A stretch of DNA of 64,000 nucleotides from Lytechinus pictus (taxonomy: Eukaryota). Under the pieces are notes generated by a model. That model did no database searches, was not told the DNA's origin, and worked only from the letters and a program-made list of their open reading frames with translations. The stretch spans positions 21,516,001-21,580,000 of the forward strand of contig NC_087245.1 in NCBI RefSeq assembly GCF_037042905.1, read 5' to 3'. Within the stretch, counting starts at the first letter, position 1. Every line of letters starts with the position of its first letter. Below, piece by piece: positions 14,846 through 25,983 of the stretch. The translations under genes were made by a program, and so were the position numbers.

Positions 14846-15445
14846 TAGTGCAAAGGGTAGGATAAGGTAATTGCATTAATTGCAATAGCTACATTGCAAT
14901 AAGCAGCATAATGCCATCTATTAACTATTGCAAAAGTGATAAAACGAGTATGCTAGAGAGGTGGAAAGGGGCATTTTGGGATATTATGGAGGGGGAAATT
15001 GGGGGTCGTTTGTGTGGCGTGCAGTGGGAGTGGCCAAGGCGATGAACGTAAAACGGTTGAATGGTTTAACACGCCTTTACGAAGATCAGTTTAATGACTA
15101 ATAAAATTAATTATGCGAATCTATCTTTTAATTCTTACTCAATGAACAATAGAGAAAACTGACTCACAGCCAGTTGTATTTCAACGGACCCCATTCGCTA
15201 GAAAGGTAATTGCATAAATACTATAACCATTACGGGCTCAATGCATAGGTAAAGCGTTAAAGATCGAGTATATGAAGCATTTGTTTATGCCGAGTGTCCT
15301 TGAAGGCAACTATTGGATCAAAGAAGGTCGAGTGAATTGTTCAGCTCCAATCGATATCAGGTAAAAAAAAAGCAAGTCTTCTGCGTTCTATTTTTTCAAT
15401 TAGGAAGAAGGGTAGGGACAGACAATTCAACAAATTACAACTCAC

Positions 15446-15539
15446 CGATTGACGGGCTCAGCGCAAGGACATGGACAATCAAGGCAGACAAGCGAAAGAT
15501 CATCATAGCTATACTCTCCATGCTCCAATCCAACCTCAT
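15446..15539 (-). other. Signal-peptide-encoding first exon (MRLDWSMESIAMMIFRLSALIVHVLALSPSI)
   Basis: Kozak-like gccatcATG, 31 codons + 1 nt, hydrophobic core, strong phase-1 donor G|GTGAGT. Confidence 0.55.
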
Positions 15540-15960
15540 GATGGCAAATGAATGTCCGCAAATGTTGACGATATTCCGATCAAGATAATCAAAATTAATG
15601 TTCCCATGGGCTCAAGAATGTTGGGTAGTTTCTAAACCAAGTTGCTTTTCGAGATGAACTAATGAGAAGAAAGTTACGTTTAATTGGTAAATCGACACGG
15701 CCCAACACAGTGAGTGGGAGAGTGCGAGTGCTACAGCTCAGCATTTGGCAGCAATTCGATCCTGGTTCGACCAGCGCGCTTGCATGCCTGGCCGTCTGTT
15801 ACTCCAAGTTCGGAGCGTAGCAGACGCATTCACGGAACTTTACTAGAATGAGGGCGCTATACTAGAATGAGCAAGGTTGTAGATGAGGTTTCAGAAAAGT
15901 ATAACTTTACAGCCAAAGCTGTATTAGACAAAGATCGAAAAAGTAGGGTAGGGGGTAGAC

Positions 15961-16173
15961 CACTAGCGTACCTACGGGGGGGGGGGGGCACTCTGCCCCC
16001 CTGACGAGCCACAACCCATACAAAAGACATATACCTGCCCCCCTGACGAGCTTAAAATACCTTTTTTGCCCCCCCCCTGACGAGCTTGAAGACTTTATTG
16101 CCCCCCCCCCTTGTCAAATTTTTTGGCGGCCGATTTTGCCCCCCCCCTGTGGAAAATCCTAGGTACGCCACTG
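15961..16173. mobile_element. hAT-like MITE with 8-bp TSD GGGTAGAC
   Basis: TIRs CACTAGCGTACCTACG / CCTAGGTACGCCACTG; identical GGGTAGAC at 15953-15960 and 16174-16181; internal CCCCCTGACGAGC repeats. Confidence 0.85.
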
Positions 16174-16191
16174 GGGTAGACCTATGGTCAA

Positions 16192-16778
16192 AGGATGAGT
16201 CCACCCCAACAAGAAGTTGATTTTAATAAAAAGAGAAAAATCCAACAAGCACAACGCTGAAAATTTCCTCAAAATCGGATGTAAAATAAAGTTATGACAT
16301 TTTAAAGTTTCGCTTAATTCACAAAATAGTTAAATGCACATACCGGTTGGTTGGGTCTATACAAATGAGGGAACTGATGACATCACTCACTCATAATTTC
16401 TTTTGTATTATATTATATTCTAATTTTCTCCCCATTGCCTGTGAAACAAAATTTTATTTATCTCTGGACATGTGGGTATTACCATTAATTGTTGTAACAA
16501 TGGTTCAGTTAATTTGTCCATATTGGAAAAAATTGAAATATTGTACAGTTCAAACAATAAAAAACAAAATAAATAGTGGGTGAGGGACATCATCGATTTC
16601 CTCGTTTGCATGTGACTAAATTGTGCATAACTATATTGTGAAACTAATTACAAATGACTAGTAAACTTTAAAATGTCATGATGACTTACATTCGATTTTG
16701 ATGAAATTTCCAGCATTATGCTTGTCTGATTTTTCTCTATTTATTCAAATCAACAATTTTTTGAGAAGGACTTGACCT
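16192..16778. mobile_element. Kolobok-like non-autonomous DNA transposon
   Basis: AGG...CCT termini flanked by TCAA / TTAA, with long imperfect subterminal inverted repeats (gaaaatttcctcaaaatcggatgtaa / ttacattcgattttgatgaaatttcc). Confidence 0.65.
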
Positions 16779-17336
16779 TTAAGGATTTTCCGGCAGCTTT
16801 TTTTTTTACTGTCCGGCTATTTAGTGATTAAGAGGGTTTAGGTTACAAATCAACTAAAGTGACAAATGAACGAACGCAACGCATTGATCTAACTTTTTTG
16901 TTACATTCGTAATTTTATATGAAGCACTTAAGTTTTAACAATACAGTTCACGAGTAACCTGATTTCTCTTCTTCTTTATGACATGCTCTGATATGTATCC
17001 CTTTTATGTATTAACCATTGTCAGATACACATCTTTATGACTTTTGTATCTACATGTATATTTATGTGGTGATCACTGCATCGGTCATGATTGCCGACTA
17101 TCTCTGAATTGCCGTAGATGGCGCGCTTGTAAGTTGACGTCATTTACGTAGTCATCGCATTATCCATGGTTGTAATCGAAAAATACCATGTTTTATCAGT
17201 ATATTGATGTCCAAATGCTCCGTTTTAGAAAATTAATCTCATGGAACAACCATTCTATGCCTAAACACCATTTGAGAACTTTATCTATATTATTTTGTCT
17301 TTAACTTAGTAAAGCTACCCTTATTTTGGCGTCAAA

Positions 17337-17418
17337 GTCATGGTGGCCGAGTGGTTAAGGCGTTGGACTCGAAATCCAATGGGGTTTCCCCGCGCAGGTT
17401 CGAATCCTGTCCATGACG
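17337..17418 (+). tRNA. tRNA-Ser, anticodon CGA
   Basis: 82 nt; acceptor stem GTCATGG/CCATGAC; A-box TGGCCGAGTGG; anticodon arm TTGGA-CTCGAAA-TCCAA; long variable arm GGGG-TTT-CCCC; GGTTCGAATCC T-loop; discriminator G; followed by a T-run Pol III terminator. Confidence 0.97.
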
Positions 17419-18286
17419 TTTTATTTTTTATTTTTATTTTTTTCCAAGTTGACATTGTAATTTATTTCGTAACAGTTTTAAAAGTATAGGATAACATTAC
17501 AAAGATCTTATTTATGCTTGGCTTCATGATTTGGATGAAAAACCAGGAATGGTGAAAACAATTATAATTCAATTCGTATACTATGATTGAATTTGTATGC
17601 TGCATGTCTACTAGCGTGATTCCGGTCCGTGCAGGGGGGGGGGGGGGACGAAAGCAATATATTGACCTGAAAATTAAAAATCTGGGGGACATCCCCATAC
17701 CTAAGGCTATGCATACGGGAGTGTATAACCATCGTAATCCTTTTATCTTTCAGTTAAAGGCCTCTAAGGATTTTTTTTTCAATGGCCTTAATAATGAATT
17801 TGTAGTCTTATAAACTACTGAACTATTATTGATATCCAAATGAGCAAATTTTCAGTCGTCTTACATGAGGTGTGCGCGTAGCCAGGATTTCATTTCGGAG
17901 GGGGCGGTAAATGCACGCGAAGCGTGTCAACACTTACAGAGCGCGCGAAGCGCGCTCCCTAGGGGGTGGGTGCAGGGAGGGGGAGCATGGGTGTCGATCG
18001 GTATTCTTGGTTGGGGGGGATGATTGACACAAAACTTCTTGTGGATGGGGATCTTTCAACATTACCCCCACTAAAATCACAAGTTAGGACATTTTGGAGT
18101 AATTGATATGCATGGTGTTCTTGGAAATTCCTTCATTGTTGTAGTGTACTGTACTTATATAATTTTTTTTTGAAAATTCAATTTGTGTTACAAGTAAGCC
18201 TATTCTAAACTCATACGAAAGAAAAAATGACAAAAATTGTCTGGACCATGTGCATAGTGATCTGTTTATTGAGCATGATGTATACA

Positions 18287-19072
18287 CAGGGGCGTCGATC
18301 CATTTTTCAGATTGGGGGGGGGGGGGGGCAAAATCATGAATCAACGTTCCAAAGGCGCTCGATCATACAAAACGAACAAACACACCCACACACCCCCCAC
18401 CCTCACCAACAATGCGAGCGCGAAGCGCGAGCTGAATTTTTTTAGTATGACATGAAAACAGGAAAAATGTACCTGTGTAGGTTTGTTTGTAGTAACTCAT
18501 GAGGAGCATAAATACATGTATCTCACTAGAGAGCGAGCTAAAACTTCTTTATATTCTAACGTGAAAGCTTGATATTCTAAGCATTTTTGGTACCAATGAT
18601 TAAGATGGGTATAATAGATGCGAGCGCAAAGCGCCAGCTGAAAATTTTGATATTTCGATCTGGAAAAAAGACAGTTTAATGGACGCTTATAATAAAGAAC
18701 AAGATATATATCCAACAAAAAATTATATCAAATCGAAGCAGGAGTTCTTTTGAGGTATAGAACTGAAAACGGGACACTCTATTCACCTATTTAATCATGA
18801 AAAGTATGGGGTTTTGGTACAGAAATGATGCGAGCGCGAAGCTCGAGCTGAAAATTTTTATATTCCAATCTGAAAAGCAGACATTTTGAGTACGATTTTA
18901 AATCAAAATCGAGTTGGAATCTCAATCTCGCTTGCTGCTGGTTTCAGTGTAGCATTACAATCTTATTTTTTAGTTGCACATGCGGAGTTATTGGGAGGGG
19001 GCAAAACGATATGTTCCCCCCAAATATTTTCATTGGTGGGGTGATCGCCCCCCCCCCGGATCGACGCCTCTG
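18287..19072. mobile_element. hAT-like MITE nested in composite copy 1 (TSD TGTATACA)
   Basis: TIR CAGGGGCGTCGATCC / GGATCGACGCCTCTG; TSD at 18279-18286 and 19073-19080; same family as 24213-25025. Confidence 0.9.
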
Positions 19073-19228
19073 TGTATACAACTTCTCTCTTAAATCTAAC
19101 CCGACTGGCAATATCTTTTTTCTTAATGCATGATGATAACATGCAGATTCGGACCAATAATTTTATTAAGACTAGCACAAATGACAAACTGTGTGGCTTC
19201 TCGTGCGCCATCGGGCTTACCGTCATTC

Positions 19229-19261
19229 CATAGAGCTATTACTGTATGTAATAGCTGTATG
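19229..19261. mobile_element. 33-bp palindromic CATAGAG...CTGTATG remnant with 7-bp TSD GTCATTC
   Basis: CATAGAGCTATTAC-tgtat-GTAATAGCTGTATG flanked by direct GTCATTC (19222-19228, 19262-19268). Confidence 0.6.
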
Positions 19262-21119
19262 GTCATTCCTTAGACGATTTATCTTGCCACCCTTTTACTC
19301 CCGTTTATTGTCCACCCTTTTGAATTAATCATTGATGTATTAAAATCAATTTATTCACCACTGGTGGGATGGAACACGCTATCCACAAAAGTTGTTTTTC
19401 GTTGGGGTCCTTTTATGTCATGTGTTAAAAATATCATATACAAAAACATTTCACTCTTTTTCCTCTTGAACCTCCACCCATCTGTTTAATAGTCCTGAAA
19501 AAGAATGTTTTTATTTAATAACAATATACACAAATTGCGAAGGAAACAAACTGATGGCATAATCATCACTATAATCATCATGATCAAACTTCTCATTTTT
19601 TCATCATCATTATTATAATTTTTCTACCCTAAATTATTGGGGGGATGATAATACAGGGCATCCCCCCCACTTGAAATATTGGGGGGGATATATCCCCCCA
19701 TCCCCCCCGTGATCGACACCCATGAGGGGGAGTATCCCCCTCCCGCGCGAAGCGCGAAGCTTTCGATGTTTCATGAATTAAAATAAAAAGGAGCCGCCTC
19801 CCTTGTCTCTAGTACCTATATCAGCTCCAATTCATTTGAATATATTGTGATTTTGAACCTTGTTTTCAAAAGTGATTGTAAAACGAACAAAAAAGGGATA
19901 AAATGGAGGAAATTAAAATAATATTAACCCCGCGCGAAGCGCAAAAGCTAAAGCGTTTTATAATGTTTTTTTGCAAAGAAAATGGTCCCGAGAAAAGGTT
20001 ATTTTCTAAGTTATATTGAATACTTCCCTTGGAAAGATCAGATTTGATTACAAACAATTTAGCGACAGTGCATATCTTAACTCGCAAAACAGAGGAGAAG
20101 GATATATGCCGGGAGGAAGATATTCCTCCCCGCGCAGAGCAATGAAACTCTGAAATTTCAAAGGGCGGACGTTTCATCAAATGCAGATATCTCTAATACC
20201 CCCATCAGCTCTAATTCAAATTTCTAAGATTATTGAACTTCACTACAAGGAAATAGTGCGCAAAAAGTTGAAACTTCTGTGATTATTGAAATTATATAAA
20301 ACAGGATGATGTTATTATACATTGTATAATTTCTTTCACTTATCCCGATGCGCTTCACTTTGAATGATAAAGAAACGTAAGTGTCATTCAAAATTTCAAA
20401 CTGAGGGAGCAAAACGGGACAGGAGATGAATGTGCAGGGAAATGACATTAAGTTGAATAGAATTGGATAAAAAAATATTGTACTTTTTTTTATTTAATAC
20501 GACACGAATTTTATACCTTCCTCTTTTTAAATTAGGAACCTGTTTGCCCCCAAATTATGGTTGTGTAGTAATGAGCTGAAAAAGCGGGAGAAGTTGCCTA
20601 TATGGAGGTGACGGCAGAAATTGAGATTTTACCCGCCCGGAGCCAACCCGACCAGAAGTTGCGCGATCAATTAAAAAAAAGATAAATTCATATACTTCGG
20701 CCTAATCTTACTCTAATTCCATGCCCTAATGTATACATTTGAACTTTAACTGGCAAGAAACACATATAGCCGAGGTGAAAAAACAGGGTTAGTGAAAGGG
20801 TGAGGGAAACAAAGGAGAACTGCAACATTGTCAAATAACCGCGCGCAGCGCGGAAGCAAAATTCATATATATAAATTTAGAGCAAGAGTCGCGGAGTTTC
20901 TTTTTTGAGAAAAAATAAAGAATAAAAAGAAAAACCCACAAAGCTATACCTTTCTTCCCTTTCCTCCCTTCGCTTTTCCTTTTCTCCTCTCTTTTTTCCC
21001 TTTTTTTTTTTTTTTTTTTGGGGGGGGGACGTTTTTTTTTTTGGGGGGGGGGGGCGACCGCCCCCACCGCCCCCCCTGGTTAATGTGGCGAATGAGCATA
21101 GCGAGCGAGCAAATTTTGG

Positions 21120-21645
21120 TAAATTGCCAATTTGTCTACTGCCATTCCGTCCACTCCACTGTACTAGAAATACGTATTACTAGTTCAGTGGTCCACTCGC
21201 CACATGGTCTGCCTTCATTTTGTCAAATGCCATTTCGTCCATCAACATTTCGTCTACCACCCATTTCGTCCAGTCACTACTTGTTTCGTCCAATAGCCAT
21301 TTCGTCTAGTCATCACTTCGTCTACAACCATTTCGTCTACCACATATTTCGTCTAATTCCATTTAGGCTAATACCAACTCGTCCATTAATCAGTTCGTCT
21401 AATGTTCATTTAGTCCAATAGCCACGTCGGCTAATATTAGTTGGTCCAATATCCATATCGTCTACTTATCAACTCGTCCAATTGCCATTTCGTCTAATCA
21501 TCATTTCGTCCACCACCCATTAGGCCCAATAATCAGTTCGTCTAACAACCAAATCGTCTAATAACCATTTCGTCCAATTCCCAAATCGTCCAAAAGTCAT
21601 TTAGTCTAATAGCCAATTGGTCCAATAGCCATTTTGTCTAACAAA
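21120..21645. repeat. Degenerate minisatellite of ~15-18-nt units (core CCATTTCGTC[CT]A), probably transposon-internal
   Basis: Many imperfect tandem units such as ccatttcgtcta / tcgtccaat; no unique spacers. Confidence 0.8.
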
Positions 21646-22317
21646 ATTACGTTGCGTTATCCGAGCGGGGGCGGCAAAATGACTTCTCCGAGTTAGTCTG
21701 CTATGCAGACTCTGAATGGCTCGTATGGTGGGATCTCAGCGCGCGAAGCGTGCTGCGCTGCTGGTTTGCGAAGCAAACTAGCCTGAAAGGGCGGGCGAAG
21801 CGAGCCATTTCAGACATCTGCAGCCACAGTAGACCTAGTCTGCTATATGCAGACTCGTTGAATTGAGCTGTGGTACACACACTGCAGATGTGGGTCTACA
21901 TTAATTTTGTAGACTATCTTCGAGTTGCAGTTTGTTTGCCAATTACTTTATCAGGTATATAGTTTGGCTTATATCACTTTCTAAACTTTTTTTTAAATTT
22001 GTCTCTTCAAAAGAGATGGTGAACCTAATCGAACAATATTACAAGGATGGGAGAGAGAGTGGGAGGGAGAGAAAGAAAGAGAGAGAGGGGGGTTAGAAAT
22101 ACAGGCAAGGGCGAAGGCTGGTTTGAGCATGGGGAGGTGGAACTAAAGTGTTATGGGGACAGGGGGTGCACATCTTGGGGAGGTAGAACTAAATTTGGGA
22201 AAATCAGCTGTTGAAAGCAGAAGGGGTACGAATTTCGTTTTGCTTGCCACTATCGGAATCCTCTTACAGCGGGAGGGTGCACGTGCACCCCCCCCCCAAA
22301 AGGCTGTATGTGACGTA

Positions 22318-22541
22318 CACTCTCAAAACAAATCAGTCAAATATTATTGACTAGACCAGTAGTCAGCTGGGTGCAACTGATATGGCAATCACTAATAGTC
22401 ACATTTCTGACATAAATTCTAGTCAGAATTAACTCTGTTCTTGTAAAATACGACTAAAAATAGTCACATATGACTAGAATAACAGTTGCAACCAGCTGAC
22501 CCTATTAACTAGTCATTTTTGACTGATTTGTTTTCAGAGTG
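22318..22541. mobile_element. Tc1/mariner-like MITE with TA TSD
   Basis: TA-CACTCTCAAAACAAATCAGTCAAA ... TTTGACTGATTTGTTTTCAGAGTG-TA; internal GACTA/TAGTC inverted motifs. Confidence 0.85.
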
Positions 22542-24212
22542 TATATGTATGCAAAAGTAACTCTAAAAGAAAATACCGCTGCAGGAAAGACTCTTCACTC
22601 AAGTTCCATCGTTGTTTAATTTCACTTCACTTTAAAATTGTCTTCAAAATTGTATCATACTTGTCCAAGACTGAATAATTTGAGTGATATATAGAATTAA
22701 GTTACTATTCATTATTTACACGACATCCGTTTATCAAGTTGTTTATAAAACCTACAATAATCGATACTTTATATTCATACAGTTTTTAATACTTCAAGAA
22801 TATACAGTGCGTTGCACAAATAATATTCAGAGATGTCGATCATAATCAAATGACTTGTGTAAATATTAGATTTGACACATACTTTAAAACGAAACAATAT
22901 CAAACTATCATGTACACACCATGGAAGAATACAAACAATAAAAGAAGCCTGATGTCAGAAATGACTTGCGCTGATATTTGTGAATTAATCTATCATTTTC
23001 AGTCAAAATGCAAAGGAAAACAATTGAAATACGAACGAAATGGTAATTTTTTCTCTTTTAAACATGGTCGTGGTCAGCTAACTTACGTATTGAATAAATT
23101 ATTCTGCGCAGTTTGATATTAGCATTTGATCATTAAAATAAGTGGCAAGGTAGCTGTGACCTTTGCATCGTAATTATTGTGCATTCAAATAAAGAAGAAA
23201 AAAAGAACTTTGAAATGATGTGCATAGAATACTGTATCATATTATCAGTTTCATCTATGCTGGAAAATAATGACTGGGAATCGAAATTTGATGGGGGGAG
23301 GGAGTACGCATTGCATTAAGGTGAACTTTCTAAAAACCATGTCAACAATATGATATACACGCATGTGGTTGTAGCCCAGCAGTGCAGCGGTTGTCTTAAG
23401 CACACCAGATATTATTTTTAGGTATCTGAAAAAAAAATAATTTGGCAATTCACCCTAACGACAGTCGAAATAAAGAGATTATCAAAGCAAATTTTTACAA
23501 AATTAATTGTGATAAAATATTGCAAAACTGCACTGCTCGTTTGTACCCTGCATTTCATATTTTGATGATAAAACACTATTGCATTCGGAAATAATGATCA
23601 ATTGCTTTGATTGAAGATGATTAATCATAATAATTTTCAATGAGTGATTGAATAATAACTAGCGATTGTGATTCACAATTACATCGATGAATTTTGTACC
23701 TTTAAGAATTAACAATGCAACTCTGTTCTCTCTGATCTTGGATAGGATTGTATTATAATGTTATTTTAAGACAAAAATGAACACACCATAGGCAGTTATT
23801 GGGGAAGCTCTGAGGGTAATAACTGATAGCAATCTTTATCTCCACAAAAAAATGTCGCGATTCTGCTATAGGCCTCCATCTATTTTTCCTGCGTTAATCA
23901 ATACACCTTTAAAGAAAAAGTATACTTTACACCACTACTGTGTACTACGGCTATATTGTTGTGATATGGATCCTTATAAAGCATTATAATGTACAAAAAT
24001 AATTATTTTATACATTTATTGTACAATTATTTGAATATTCAAAAATAAGAGCAAAGAGACATACAAACAATGTTGTGTTCATTCTGCCCTGTATTCTGAT
24101 CTCGGGTTTAATCTTGACTTCAGAATACAAGCCTGTGAATTTATACGTTTCATCCCGTACGCGTAAACCCCAAATGGGTTTATTTAGACCACACCCTCAT
24201 CATGCTCATGGT

Positions 24213-24839
24213 CAGAGGCGTCGATCCTGGGGGGGGGGGGGGGGCAGGGGGGGGGGGCGATCGCCCCACCAATGAAAATATTGGGGGGGCAAACATATCA
24301 TTTTGCCCCCCCCCAATAATTCCGGATATGCATTAAAAAAAAACAAGATTGTAATGTTCAGCAAGCGAGATTGAGATACACAACTCGTTCTTTATTTAAA
24401 ATCGTGCTCAAAATGTCCGCTTTTCAGATTGGAATATAAAAATTTTCAGCTCGCGCTTCGCGCTCGCATCATTTCTGTAGCAAAAACCCATACTTTTCAT
24501 GATTAAATTGGTGAATGTAAATGTCCCATTTTCAGTTCTAAGCCTCAAAAGAACTGCTTCAATTTGCAATCATCTTTTCTTGGATATATAGCTTGTTCTT
24601 TATCAAAAACGTCCAGTAAACTGTCATTTTTTCAGATCGAAATATCAAATTTTTTAGCTCGCGCTTCGCGCTCGCATCTATTCTCTTTTAGATACAAATC
24701 TTAATCATTGGTACCAAAAATGCTTAGAATATCAAGTTTTCAGCTCAGAATATAAAGAAATTTGAGCTCACTCTCGGCACTCGTACTATCTGTGTAGTGA
24801 GATACGTGTCTGTGTCTCATGAGTCATACATATATATAG

Positions 24840-24889
<50 letters not shown>

Positions 24890-24896
24890 ATATATG

Positions 24897-24951
<55 letters not shown>

Positions 24952-25025
24952 TTTTGTACGATCGAGCGCCTTTGGAACGTTAATGATTTCGCCCCCCCAA
25001 TCTGAAAAATGGATCGACGCCCCTG
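24213..25025. mobile_element. hAT-like MITE, stand-alone inverted copy of the 18287-19072 family (TSD CTCATGGT), containing a (TA)n/(TG)n microsatellite
   Basis: TIR CAGAGGCGTCGATCC / GGATCGACGCCCCTG; TSD at 24205-24212 and 25026-25033; body is the reverse complement of 18287-19072; microsatellite ~24830-24946. Confidence 0.9.
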
Positions 25026-25983
25026 CTCATGGTTAAGGAAACAGAATTAGCGTAGTTTCCAACGCATCGATCAGTAGTGGTGCGATCGGTAAAACCATAG
25101 AGCTATGGTAAAACGATGCGGTAAATGTGATAACTGCAGTCAAAATCATTGACGCAGGTTGGAGTCACGCCTTGCACTATTTTTCTAAGTTTTCATTTTT
25201 TTTAATTTAAAAATTGAAGCAAGACTCTGAAAAAAATACAAGTCCAAGATTTTTAGTCTGATTTAATGCCTCCAAAGCAGAGTTAGCTTTTATCGTAGGT
25301 GAAAAAACCCTGCACCCCTGTGGTGAATATGACCGATTTACCAAATTAAAAGAAATAATCAAAAATATTGGTCAGAATGTATAAAATTGAAAAAAATTAG
25401 TTCCCGAATCGACGTCAGCAGATGATGATATCAGGTTACCGATGCCTTGGATTAGGTCTGTATAGTCTTCTACAATCAAATATTAAATGTGCATTATCAC
25501 ACCATTGTGATACTTCAAGTCTTCAATAATGATTTGAGGGGAACGTAAGAACTGGGGGAAAAATTGTAAAAGTTTGAAATAGATCGGGAAAAGGATGGAA
25601 TATTTTCAAAATTATTATCTATACAAAATTGGAGTTGCCAGTTCGGTAAGTGATTATTGATTGTGACAAATTCTCCCAAAGTTCGCAGCATTCTCTTGTA
25701 TTGGCCTATATAAGCGAATTAAAAAAAAAATCTCAAGGCAAATTTTGTTGATTTTTGGTGGGTGGACGCTCTTAAAAATAAAAATAAAATAATTCGTCTT
25801 TAACACATTGATCATTAGACACCAATATTTCAAAAAATGCAGAAAGTTTTGGTGAAGAAAGTGTACAAAAGGTTGAAAATTTGATCAACCACTGCTCACC
25901 AATTCAATCATAAATCACCTCGACATGTTTTCTTGATAAAAAAATTCGATAAACTATAGTCTTTACAGAATCTGATCGGCCGG

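Larger units (their letters stand above)
820..15539 (-). pseudogene. Probable decayed Ig-superfamily/fibronectin type III cell-surface receptor gene (scattered exon remnants)
   Basis: Clean signal-peptide exon at 15446-15539. Downstream minus-strand AG-bounded segments carry stops and frameshifts but retain domain motifs. From ~6889: 'VPINAQYYHEVSPTDKVRELG...DDEG-EYC' (Ig DxGxYxC-like). From ~6027: '...DRSDGG..KC.VKNTM' (Ig-like). From ~4980: 'GDG-KPLE...YTVT-TLYPYGSYDLQ...ASKNGG' (FN3 LxPxxxY-like). 1153-820: hydrophobic 'TIIITVSVTTPVILI'. Motifs need frameshifts to assemble, so this is inference. Confidence 0.4.
17986..19724. mobile_element. Composite non-autonomous DNA transposon, copy 1 (hAT- or P-like, 8-bp TSD AGGGGGAG)
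   Basis: TIR CATGGGTGTCGATC / GATCGACACCCATG; TSD at 17978-17985 and 19725-19732; near-identical to 39600-41219. Confidence 0.9.
17870..21085. mobile_element. Older degraded GC-rich-ended DNA transposon hosting the 17986-19724 insertion
   Basis: Starts GTGCGCGTAGCCAGG, ends CCCCCTGG; repeated GCGCGAAGCGC motifs occur on both sides of the inserted element; boundaries uncertain. Confidence 0.4.

Noticed and set aside
21120..21645. CRISPR-like appearance of the repeated CATTTCGTC units; ORF 21041-21421
   Set aside because: Eukaryotic context, degenerate short units without unique constant-length spacers, and no cas genes.
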